A stretch of DNA of 64,000 nucleotides from Candidatus Saccharimonadota bacterium (GTDB taxonomy: Bacteria; Patescibacteriota; Saccharimonadia; Saccharimonadales; UBA4665). Numbering within the stretch: the first letter of the stretch is position 1; every line of letters starts with the position of its first letter. Location of the stretch: assembly GCA_027327085.1 (NCBI GenBank), contig DAHWAT010000001.1, positions 3,867 through 67,866 of the forward strand. Direction: 5' to 3'. A model generated the notes under the pieces. That model was not told the DNA's origin. It saw only the letters and a list, made by a program, of their open reading frames with translations, and made no database searches. A program made the position numbers and the translations under genes. Below, in pieces: positions 8,359 to 16,902 of this stretch.

Positions 8359-9330
8359 TTACTGACGGCTCAAACGTCGACCAATTACAAAACGATACGC
8401 TACTGTACTGATTGCTACAACTGCAGCAAAGATACCAATAGTGCTACCAGGACCTGTGTTAACCAATTGAGTTGGCGCAGCGGGTGGAGTAACAGTTGGA
8501 GGAGTTGTGCTAGTGAAAGACACTTGTTGTTCACAAGTAGCACTGGTTGCTGTTTGATTCTGCCCGTTAACATTAAAGTTAGCTGTGGCAGTAATCGTGT
8601 AAGTACCGTCACTAGTGTATGTATGGCTTTGACCAACTACATTACTGGCTGTTGTTGGGGTAGAATTATCGCCCCAGTTAATTGTAGCGTTAGTAAAGGT
8701 TGCGCCATTTTGAGCAGTAGTGTTAAGACCGCTTACTGTTATAGTCTTGTTGTCGCCCGCAGTAACTGTTAAAGCGTTACAAGTATATACAGGAGCTGCT
8801 GGAGTAGGACAACCTACTTTAGCTTCAAAATTAACATATTCTACACCAGAACCATTAATGCTGCCGATGTTATCACCAGAAGTCATTAGGTTGTCTGAAA
8901 GAGAGCTAATTTTGTTACCATTTACGTCTAATAGTTCGGCTGAGCCAGGAACGTATGAAACAGTTTGAGCACTACTAAGGTCTAGTTCGGTGCTTCCACT
9001 GACGCTATTAGCTACACCGCCACCATAGGTAGCGTTGAATGTTGAAACGTTTTTTACGCTTGAAGTGTTAGGTAAATTAACACTTACAGTAACGTTAGTT
9101 GCAGCAACATAAGCCGTATTATGAAGTTGGATACTATATTCAAGCTCATCGCAAGCGTTAGCGCTAGCAGGATTAGCGTAGTTAACATTTTGTGTAAGAT
9201 TTTTGATTTGATATATGTTACCGCCAGCTATATCGGCTGGGCTGTCAGCAAAAACCGCTGGACTTAGAGCTGCAAATGACAAGCCGATAAAGGCTACGCC
9301 GGTTACAAGAGCTTTATTTAAAGCTTTCAT
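8359..9330 (-). CDS. secreted cell-surface protein with PKD-like domain and LVNTGPG sorting signal
   Basis: Signal peptide ending AVFA-DS. The INWGDNS...HTYTSDGTYTITATANF segment resembles a PKD domain. The C-terminus is LVNTGPG + hydrophobic helix + GRRLSRQ. Confidence 0.65.
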   Translation of the reverse strand: MKALNKALVTGVAFIGLSFAALSPAVFADSPADIAGGNIYQIKNLTQNVNYANPASANACDELEYSIQLHNTAYVAATNVTVSVNLPNTSSVKNVSTFNATYGGGVANSVSGSTELDLSSAQTVSYVPGSAELLDVNGNKISSLSDNLMTSGDNIGSINGSGVEYVNFEAKVGCPTPAAPVYTCNALTVTAGDNKTITVSGLNTTAQNGATFTNATINWGDNSTPTTASNVVGQSHTYTSDGTYTITATANFNVNGQNQTATSATCEQQVSFTSTTPPTVTPPAAPTQLVNTGPGSTIGIFAAVVAISTVAYRFVIGRRLSRQ

Positions 9331-9386
9331 ATTGTTCTCCTTTCTAAAAAGAACTTATTTAAAAACATCTATTATCTTCTTCTCTA

Positions 9387-9411
9387 AAACTAGATAGTCA
9401 TTGGGCTTTGA
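9387..9411. repeat. left terminal inverted repeat of the GC-rich insertion
   Basis: See the mobile_element entry. Confidence 0.6.
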
Positions 9412-9423
9412 ATTGGGGTAAAA

Positions 9424-9479
9424 CGACTGCTTGAGATGGGTTGCCTAAAGGGGCAATGCATCGCTTTCTCAAGCAGTCG
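9424..9479 (-). terminator. long hairpin (13-bp stem) + T-run downstream of the island gene
   Basis: CGACTGCTTGAGA...TCTCAAGCAGTCG. On the minus strand it is followed by TTTTACCCC. Confidence 0.5.
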
Positions 9480-9576
9480 GTTTCAGGGAGCGTGGTACGC
9501 TAAATTGAGCTTAAAGCTCTCAGTAAGCGCACCAGCACTCCCTTAACCGACTACGTTTCTCCTTTCCTGGTAAGTC

Positions 9577-10686
9577 CTACATAAATGTAGGAGAGGTTGT
9601 CCAGGTCAGCGGCAAAGTGCCGGAGGCTGAATAGCCTGAACCGTCACTGGCCGTGGCCTGAACAAACGAGGTGTTGTTCGGAGGCATATCCGAACCGGTT
9701 GCAAAGGTACTGTCACACCACATGCTCGGCGAACCGGGCTGAGGCGAAGTGACAAGACCGCCGTCCAGGAAAGCTCCGTACTGATCGGAACTAAACTGAA
9801 CGGACTTAACGTCCTGGTATGCGCCACCGATGGTGACACAAACCATTAGGTTGGTCTCATTGGGCCAGTACTCCTGTGGCTGGGTGCCACCGGAGATATT
9901 AAAAGTGTAGCAATTGGGATAGATACCCCCTTCGCTTTCACTCTGGCAAGTTGGAGCTGTGGTTGAACCACTGCTCTGACTCTGGCCTTGCTGCTGCCCC
10001 TGGTTCACAGTCACCTGAGTCGTCTGGTTAACGTTGATCACGGGTGAACCCTGACCGGACGTTGTCCCAGACTGGCTTGTGGTGTTGGAGTTAGTCTGGC
10101 AGACTGCCTGACCATTGACAACAACCACTGTCCCGGCACAGGAAGCTGGCTTTGGGGCCTGCTTACGCCTGCGCTCAACGACATGACGGCGGACAGGAAT
10201 CCACAGCCAGTAGCAGAAAGTACCCGTTTCTGGGTTGGTACAATTCTGCTTGCCCGCTGCGTTACTGCAGACAGCAATCCTCTTATAGCCCTTGCGAGCA
10301 TGGAGGGAGATCCTGTTCTTCGCGTACCTTAGCGGCAATACTGCGAACACCGGCGTTCCCGCTGGTAGTTCACGGTGACCTACGCTGAAGATGGTGCCGG
10401 GATGGCAACCATAATCAACGGGGTCAGCCGGCCTCCTGAGATCGACTGCGATGACTCGCTGAGCGACCCAAGAGTAATAACTTCCGTCCATCCTGTGAAA
10501 GCCATTCCTGGCCATCAACGCTTCCGTCTGCTTGAGGACGCCCATCTTGGCCAACTGGCTTACCCACACTCGTGGATTGTTGGTTCCAATACCACACTGC
10601 CCGTAGGCGAATGCGGGGGAGGCGGCCACGCTCATGAAAAGCGCAACGACAAACGGCACGAACAACAGATAGAACTTCTTGAACAA
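9577..10686 (-). CDS. secreted Cys-rich protein of unknown function (compositionally foreign)
   Basis: TTG start preceded by AAAGAGGTGAT. Signal peptide ...SPAFA-YGQCG, about 14 Cys, and a central Q/S/T-rich linker. Sampled lines are 55-65 % GC. Many overlapping stop-free frames fit a high-GC insert. Confidence 0.6.
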   Translation of the reverse strand: MFKKFYLLFVPFVVALFMSVAASPAFAYGQCGIGTNNPRVWVSQLAKMGVLKQTEALMARNGFHRMDGSYYSWVAQRVIAVDLRRPADPVDYGCHPGTIFSVGHRELPAGTPVFAVLPLRYAKNRISLHARKGYKRIAVCSNAAGKQNCTNPETGTFCYWLWIPVRRHVVERRRKQAPKPASCAGTVVVVNGQAVCQTNSNTTSQSGTTSGQGSPVINVNQTTQVTVNQGQQQGQSQSSGSTTAPTCQSESEGGIYPNCYTFNISGGTQPQEYWPNETNLMVCVTIGGAYQDVKSVQFSSDQYGAFLDGGLVTSPQPGSPSMWCDSTFATGSDMPPNNTSFVQATASDGSGYSASGTLPLTWTTSPTFM

Positions 10687-10974
10687 CTAAATCACCTCTT
10701 TGCTGTGAATCGTAGTTTTTTCGGGGTATGCTTAAAAGACTTTGGGCAAGGTCGTATAATAACCGTGCTTTTGTCTTTTGATATCGCTACAGCGACAATT
10801 TGCTTCACCTTCTTTCTTCATTGTTAGGAGAATAAGACAACCTAAACGACAATTTATTTATCATCTAAATTGCCTTATCCTCGAAACATTTTTAGTTACC
10901 AAATAAGGAAAAAATTATGTAATCGGTTGATATGGATCTGATTCCTTGCGAGTTCAAAAGAACTCAAGCAGGCC

Positions 10975-10999
10975 TCAAAGACCCATGACTATCTAGTTT
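10975..10999. repeat. right terminal inverted repeat of the GC-rich insertion
   Basis: See the mobile_element entry. Confidence 0.6.
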
Positions 11000-11203
11000 A
11001 TTGAATAAGAAATAAACTTTACTTTTTAAGTATTTGTTTATCTACTTCAACAACTAGCATTTTAGACTCAATTGTGAAAGTACCTCCCCATAAGTTCTGA
11101 TTTTACTCATCGCTTATTTCGATAAACATTAGTATATCAAGAAATTGTGCTTATGTCAATACTTTATGCAATAGTTTAATCTGTTGAGCAAATTGCTTAT
11201 GTT

Positions 11204-13735
11204 TTATCTCAAAAAGATAGTATGCTCGCTATCTGAGTCTAAGTTATCATTTACGGGCGATGCCTGATTATTAGTCGATTTACTACGTCGTCGGCGTAGT
11301 CTTTTTCGTTTTTTAGGCTTGATTGCCACGTCAGCAGCTTTAACGGCTGCTACCCCCATTTTGATAGAAGGCGGCTTAAGAGCTGGGTTTAGGTCTTTTG
11401 GCTCTGTAGTGCGACTAGGCTCTGGCTTTACTTCGTTAGCTGGAATTGAAGTGTTATTTTTTAAGTTGTACCGATCAGATACAAAACTTTCAACAGAAGC
11501 TTTATCTAGTGCATACTGCTGTCTTGAATTAGCAATTATGGCTTCACTATTATCGGTTTCATAGGCTGGTAAATCTAGAGTGATAGCTGAAAATGCCTGG
11601 GTTTTTTCACCATAGATGGTCATTGAAATGACTAAATGACGGTTGTGCATGTGTACAAGGTCATACTCTTCGAATTTAGGTTCGAAGTAACGTAACATAC
11701 TCCTAGCATCATCAGCACCCATCCTGAAGGCTATAATTGAGCCGACGTTGCCAAATACGGCATCCTTAACTTCAAGAGGCATTTGTGCAATGTATTGGTT
11801 GGCGACCGTCAGATTAAGGCCGTACTTTCTGGCTTCAGACAGGATAGTGGCAAAGCTATCTGTTGCAAAGTTTTGGAATTCGTCAACGTACAGATAGAAC
11901 GGCGTACGCTCTTGACTAAGTATATCTGCTCTACTCATAGCCGCTAATTGCATCTTGGTAACCAACAGAGCGCCAAGTAAAGCGGCATTGTCTTCGCCAA
12001 CAAGACCACGGCTAAGATTAACAATTAGTATCTTGCGCTCATCCATTATTTGACGGATATTAAAGCTGCTTTTCGGTTGACCGATAATATTTCTGACAAG
12101 TGGATTAGCCGTAAAGGCACCGACTTTGTTTAGTACCGGCGCAACGGCTTCAGCGGCAAATTTATCATTCCAGGATTCAAATTCGACTATCCAGAAGTTA
12201 CGGACTACCGGATCTGATACATTTTCTAAGACTTTTTTCCTAAAACTCTTATCTGTTAGTATTCTGGTGATATCTAGCATAGTTGACTCAGGATACTCTA
12301 GTAGCGCTAGCAGACTGTATCTAAGAATATACTCCAGCCTTGGCCCCCAAGAATCGAACATCCTTTTTAGGACCCCTATAAGTTCAGATACAGTATGGGT
12401 TATCAGCTTAGGGTCAGTTACCTCCATAGGATTAAAGGCTATAGGGTGATCAACATCGGCCGGATTAAAGTAGACCACATCTTTAATTCTTTCTGGCGTA
12501 ATCCGCCTTAAAATACCTAGAGCATAATCACCATGTGGATCTATAACAGCGAACCCATAAGGAGAGTAGATGTCTGATATAGTTAATAGCTCTAAAAGAG
12601 CTGACTTACCGACCCCGGTTTGACCTAAAATATATAGGTGTCGACCTCTGTCAGGACGAGGGAGACCGAAGGCGGTATTATGACCCCTGAAATTAGCAGC
12701 CGCTATAGGGCTGATGGTCAAAGGATCAACTTCACCTACAACTGGTAAATTTGCTGGCGGTTCAGCAGTTTGCGATAAGGCCCATAAGATAAAAGGAGTC
12801 TCCACGTTAGTATGGGGTAAGTGATAAAGCGTGGCAACTTCCTCAATATTGAGCACGATAGGCGATCGACTTAAACTCCTTAACAGGTACTCATTTAAGT
12901 ATTCCGGGGTTGAAAAAACTTTGGTTTGCGTGAAACCGTTAAGGTAGGTGGTATTAAACTGTTTATAGCTGGCAACAATTGATTGTAGCCTGAGATTTGC
13001 TTCAGCAGCGGTCTTACTGCCCCTATAGACTATCCGAAGTGTAGCTTCAAAGGCTAGTTTGTGACTCTTTTCCTCAGCCGATGATGCTCTAGATTGCTCA
13101 TATTCAGTTAGGGTCACCCCTTTAGACTGATCTTCTGGGGCTTTCCAGACAGCCGATAATACACCGAGAGCTCCGTTTCGGGAGTTATTACGCAAAGAAT
13201 TAATATATTTTTCGCTTTTTTTATGCCAATTGGCGGCCGCTGGTCTAATAATTAGCTGAATCCAAGCTTCTTCATCTTCGCTAAATTTGGCTAAAGTAGC
13301 CGTAATAGCAGCTAGAGGATCGACTTCAAAACTTTGGAAGGTTTTAATTGGTAACGCTTGGTTAGCAATCAGATTAAGCTCAGTGCTTAGGTTATTAGCG
13401 TAACCAACCTCTGAAGAGTTAGCATAGTCCTCTACTTCAGTTATCTGTACCATAGGGTACTGCGCGTATATCTGTTCTTCAACAAAACCCTTAAGATACT
13501 CGGGTACGGTTACGTAAAAACCAATTCTCCTCTTTAAAACAGCTATTTCAAAACTAACTCTAACGCGTTTTGACGCACCCATAAAACGTTCTGGTGCAAA
13601 GGTTAACAGCCCATGGAGCGAGGCAAACATCTGTTCAGCGGCCAACTCTTTTTTATCGTTGGTTCTAGGTACCTGTAGCAACAAGACGACTGTGTCATCT
13701 TCGGGTCGATCTACGCTATTTTTTTGATTGGACAT
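11204..13735 (-). CDS. VirD4/TraD/TraG-like P-loop ATPase (T4SS coupling-protein-like) with unknown about 350-aa N-terminal region and poly-basic tail
   Basis: Walker A ILGQTGVGKSALLELL, DPHGDY, and Walker B-like LYVDEFQNF. The C-terminal tail is KPKKRKRLRRRRSKS. Confidence 0.6.
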   Translation of the reverse strand: MSNQKNSVDRPEDDTVVLLLQVPRTNDKKELAAEQMFASLHGLLTFAPERFMGASKRVRVSFEIAVLKRRIGFYVTVPEYLKGFVEEQIYAQYPMVQITEVEDYANSSEVGYANNLSTELNLIANQALPIKTFQSFEVDPLAAITATLAKFSEDEEAWIQLIIRPAAANWHKKSEKYINSLRNNSRNGALGVLSAVWKAPEDQSKGVTLTEYEQSRASSAEEKSHKLAFEATLRIVYRGSKTAAEANLRLQSIVASYKQFNTTYLNGFTQTKVFSTPEYLNEYLLRSLSRSPIVLNIEEVATLYHLPHTNVETPFILWALSQTAEPPANLPVVGEVDPLTISPIAAANFRGHNTAFGLPRPDRGRHLYILGQTGVGKSALLELLTISDIYSPYGFAVIDPHGDYALGILRRITPERIKDVVYFNPADVDHPIAFNPMEVTDPKLITHTVSELIGVLKRMFDSWGPRLEYILRYSLLALLEYPESTMLDITRILTDKSFRKKVLENVSDPVVRNFWIVEFESWNDKFAAEAVAPVLNKVGAFTANPLVRNIIGQPKSSFNIRQIMDERKILIVNLSRGLVGEDNAALLGALLVTKMQLAAMSRADILSQERTPFYLYVDEFQNFATDSFATILSEARKYGLNLTVANQYIAQMPLEVKDAVFGNVGSIIAFRMGADDARSMLRYFEPKFEEYDLVHMHNRHLVISMTIYGEKTQAFSAITLDLPAYETDNSEAIIANSRQQYALDKASVESFVSDRYNLKNNTSIPANEVKPEPSRTTEPKDLNPALKPPSIKMGVAAVKAADVAIKPKKRKRLRRRRSKSTNNQASPVNDNLDSDSEHTIFLR

Positions 13736-13850
13736 TACTAATATAATTCTACTTTATCTTTTTAAACATGAGCTTTATCTAGCCATATTATAACAATAAA
13801 GTTTTATAGTCAATATTAATCAATCTTTTTTAAATCTTGTCAATTAAAGT

Positions 13851-15149
13851 TTAGTTTTTAGGGAATATAAAGCCAAATGTACTACCCTTGCCTTCATGGC
13901 TTTCGAAAATTATAGCCCCACCAAGACTAATAATGACTTTTTTAGCCATGAACAAGCCTAAACCAGTACCGTCAGGGCGGGTTTTTCGAGCATTACTGGC
14001 TCGGTAGAATTTGGTAAACAAATGGCGTTGTTCACTCCTAGGCACACCTATGCCATTGTCTTTAACTCTTAGTTCAATAGCCGAAGCTTTATTATTTAGA
14101 GATATATCTATGGTGCCACCGGCCGGGGTGTAGTAAAGGGCATTGTCAATAAAGTTCATGATAACTTGACGGATCTTGGTTTCGTCTAGATTAAGCAGGG
14201 GTAGATTTGGCTTAGTTTCATAGTTAATACTGACAGAGTGAGCTTTGGCTATCTCGCTTAATTGGTCGATTTCATCTTGAACAATTTCGTCTAAATTGAC
14301 TGGTGTTAAAGACATCACAAATTTACCGCTGTTAAGCCGCGATACATTAAGTAAGTCTGAAATTATATATACCATGCGTTGACAACTGGCAAAAGCCTGA
14401 GTCAGCATTACTTTTTGGTCATGATTAATGTTGCCGGCATCGCCTTCTAAGATCATGGAAATATAGCCTTTAACGCTTGTTAGAGGAGTTCTGAGCTGAT
14501 GTGAGGCCATACTAATAAAATCATCCTTAATTTCGTCGAGTGCCGTCATTTTATGGCTATAGTCATTCAAGCGCTTTTTATAGTAATGGCTATTTTGCTC
14601 AGCTATAAGACCGCTTAATTGAGCGGCAATTAGGCCTTGAACAGTGTTTATGACGGCTACTGCTGGATCACTAGACTGAGTAGCATAATTGAAGCCAACT
14701 GCTATTATGCCGACAAAATGGCCACGACTTTTTAGACAAATAACTAAAATAGTTTCTACGCCCAGTTTTTGATCGTTATGTTCTAGGCGATCGATTGACC
14801 AATCAAGGAATTTAGCCGCAGCTTGAGCGTTAATTGTGTTTGAGTCAAGCATCAGACTTTGGTTTTTACTGAACCAATGGTCACTAAACTTAAAATGCAA
14901 AGGTTTGGCTAGACTGATTGGTTTATCTGAGTAATAACCGCTTAAACTAAGGTAGTCACTATCTTCAGGCTTAATAAATATTGCTGCCAGAACCACCCCA
15001 GGCAGACCTCCGATAATATCGGCTATGTTTTTGGATAAACTATTTAGTGAACTCTCCGGCTGAGAGGCTAATTTACCTAAAGACTGACTAATTTCTAGGG
15101 TAGCTTGATCGACACTAAAGGCATTAAAATCATGAACCGGATCTGACAT
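13851..15149 (-). CDS. cytoplasmic sensor histidine kinase with GAF-like N-terminal domain
   Basis: H box SHQLRTPLTSVKGY, N box NFIDNALYYTP, and G boxes DNGIGV / GTGLGLFMAKK. No TM segments. Confidence 0.8.
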   Translation of the reverse strand: MSDPVHDFNAFSVDQATLEISQSLGKLASQPESSLNSLSKNIADIIGGLPGVVLAAIFIKPEDSDYLSLSGYYSDKPISLAKPLHFKFSDHWFSKNQSLMLDSNTINAQAAAKFLDWSIDRLEHNDQKLGVETILVICLKSRGHFVGIIAVGFNYATQSSDPAVAVINTVQGLIAAQLSGLIAEQNSHYYKKRLNDYSHKMTALDEIKDDFISMASHQLRTPLTSVKGYISMILEGDAGNINHDQKVMLTQAFASCQRMVYIISDLLNVSRLNSGKFVMSLTPVNLDEIVQDEIDQLSEIAKAHSVSINYETKPNLPLLNLDETKIRQVIMNFIDNALYYTPAGGTIDISLNNKASAIELRVKDNGIGVPRSEQRHLFTKFYRASNARKTRPDGTGLGLFMAKKVIISLGGAIIFESHEGKGSTFGFIFPKN

Positions 15150-15224
15150 CTAATGCTCCCCCCTAGCTTTAGCTTCTAATACATTTTATACTGCTTATAT
15201 TAGTATACTTTTAAATGGAGTAAT

Positions 15225-15590
15225 ATGCCTAAAATTGCCATAATCGAAGACGACGAAACTATCTCACAAATGTATCGTTTTAAGTTTGAAAGCGAAGGCT
15301 ATGAAGTACAAACAGCCGGTAACGGTAAATTAGGGTTAGAATTAGCCGAGAAAATGCAACCGGATATAATCCTTTTAGATTTAATGATGCCAGAGATGAA
15401 CGGTGACCAAATGCTTAAGCAATTAAGGCAGACCGAATGGGGTAAAAACATTAAAGTTATTGTCTTAACTAACATGGGTGAGCAGGAAATACCCAGTAGT
15501 GTTAAAGAAATGGGCGTAAACGGTATTATTCTTAAGGCCGATATGACACCACGACAAGTCGCTGAACTGGTAAAGAAGACAGTGAGCTGA
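15225..15590 (+). CDS. single-domain response regulator (CheY-like receiver only)
   Basis: IEDDE, ILLDLMMPEMNG (phospho-Asp) and VLTN...K. At 121 aa it has no output domain. Confidence 0.85.
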   Translation: MPKIAIIEDDETISQMYRFKFESEGYEVQTAGNGKLGLELAEKMQPDIILLDLMMPEMNGDQMLKQLRQTEWGKNIKVIVLTNMGEQEIPSSVKEMGVNGIILKADMTPRQVAELVKKTVS

Positions 15591-15594
15591 TAGC

Positions 15595-16902
15595 GTGAAG
15601 GTTGCGATTGCAGGCTTTGGCATAGAAGGACAGTCCTCGCTTGAATACTTTTCAGCTTTAGGTCATGAAGTAGTCGTGTTAGACGAAAAGCCAGATTTAG
15701 TGTTGCCAAATAAGGTTAAGTCAGTTTTAGGTAGTCAAGCCTTCCGTAATTTGTCTTCATATGATCTGATTGTTAGAAGCGCCGGTTTACCACCTAATAA
15801 GCTGACTGAGTTTAATGACAATATTGATCACTTAATCACTACTCAACTAAATGAGTTTTTAAAAGTATGCCCTAGCCAAAAAATAATTGGGGTAACTGGT
15901 ACTAAAGGCAAAGGGACAACTGCTACTCTGATTGCCAAGATGTTGGCGGCCAGCAACTGTCAGGTTGTCCTAGGCGGCAACATTGGCGTAGCTATGCTAA
16001 GTCTATTATCGTCAATCAGTCCTGAGACATTTGTGGTGTTAGAGCTTTCGAGTTTCCAGTTAAGCGATCTCAAGGTTAGTTCACCTAAAACGGCAGTTTG
16101 TTTAATGGTGGTGCCTGAACATTTGGATTGGCACGGTTCGTTGTCAAATTATATTGCGGCTAAAACTAATCTTTTTGCATACCAACCCAAAGACAGTTTG
16201 GCGATATTTTATCCTAAAAGTGAGTTTTCAAGGCAGATTGCAGCCGCTAGTCAGGGACAGAAAATCCCCTTTTTTGAACCTCCTGGAGCCGAAGTTAAAA
16301 ACAACCAGATTGTTATTGACGATAAAACTATCTGTTCCGTAAGTGATCTAAAACTGATTGGCGAGCATAGCTGGCAAAACATTTGCGCGGCAGTGACAGC
16401 CGTCTGGCAACATGTTCAGGACGTTCAGGCTGCTCACCAAGTGCTGACTTCTTTTAGTGGCCTAAAGCACCGCTTAGAATTTGTTAGAGAAGTAGACCAC
16501 GTTAAGTACTACAACGATTCTTTTGCCTCTCAGCTAAAGGCGAGCGAGGCAGCCATTTTGGCCATCAAACAGCCTAAAGTACTAATCATCGGCGGTTTTG
16601 ACCGGATGTTGGAGCTTGAATCGTTTTGTCAGTTAGTCAAAAGGGAGGCTACTTCCATTCGTAAACTTATGTTAATTGGGGCAAGTGCTGAAAGATTGGC
16701 TAAGGCTTTGGCAAAAGTTGGTTATACTGATTTTTATATGGGTAATCACTTAAAGACCATGGCTGATATCGTTAATCAAGCTAAGGCTTTAGCTAAAGCA
16801 AATGATGCCGTAGTGTTATCGCCTGGCTTTCCCAGTTTTGATATGTTTAAAAACTTTGAAGATAGAGGTAATCAGTTTAAGGACTGTGTTAAGGCCTTAT
16901 GA
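15595..16902 (+). CDS. murD: UDP-N-acetylmuramoyl-L-alanine--glutamate ligase (MurD family; possibly MurD2-type)
   Basis: GTG start. GVTGTKGKGTTATLIAKML P-loop, LELSSFQL, GLKHRLEF, YNDSFAS, IIGGFDR, and C-terminal SPGFPSFDMFKNFEDRGNQF. The protein is collinear with MurD. Confidence 0.85.
   Translation: MKVAIAGFGIEGQSSLEYFSALGHEVVVLDEKPDLVLPNKVKSVLGSQAFRNLSSYDLIVRSAGLPPNKLTEFNDNIDHLITTQLNEFLKVCPSQKIIGVTGTKGKGTTATLIAKMLAASNCQVVLGGNIGVAMLSLLSSISPETFVVLELSSFQLSDLKVSSPKTAVCLMVVPEHLDWHGSLSNYIAAKTNLFAYQPKDSLAIFYPKSEFSRQIAAASQGQKIPFFEPPGAEVKNNQIVIDDKTICSVSDLKLIGEHSWQNICAAVTAVWQHVQDVQAAHQVLTSFSGLKHRLEFVREVDHVKYYNDSFASQLKASEAAILAIKQPKVLIIGGFDRMLELESFCQLVKREATSIRKLMLIGASAERLAKALAKVGYTDFYMGNHLKTMADIVNQAKALAKANDAVVLSPGFPSFDMFKNFEDRGNQFKDCVKAL

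Larger units (their letters stand above)
9387..10999. mobile_element. 1.6-kb GC-rich insertion bounded by imperfect terminal inverted repeats (non-autonomous; no transposase seen)
   Basis: Left end AAACTAGATAGTCATTGGGCTTTGA (9387-9411). The reverse complement of the right end (10975-10999) is AAACTAGATAGTCATGGGTCTTTGA, so 23/25 positions are identical with a 15-nt perfect core. Both ends then carry CTGCTTGAG at the start of a hairpin. The interior is visibly GC-rich. Confidence 0.5.

Noticed and set aside
9606-10827. Track ORFs 9606-9839(-), 10038-10301(-), 10152-10388(+) and 10375-10827(+), which overlap the island gene
   Set aside because: They all overlap the 369-aa ORF in other frames or on the other strand. 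High GC content removes stop codons and generates such shadows. None of them has an RBS or a recognisable motif.
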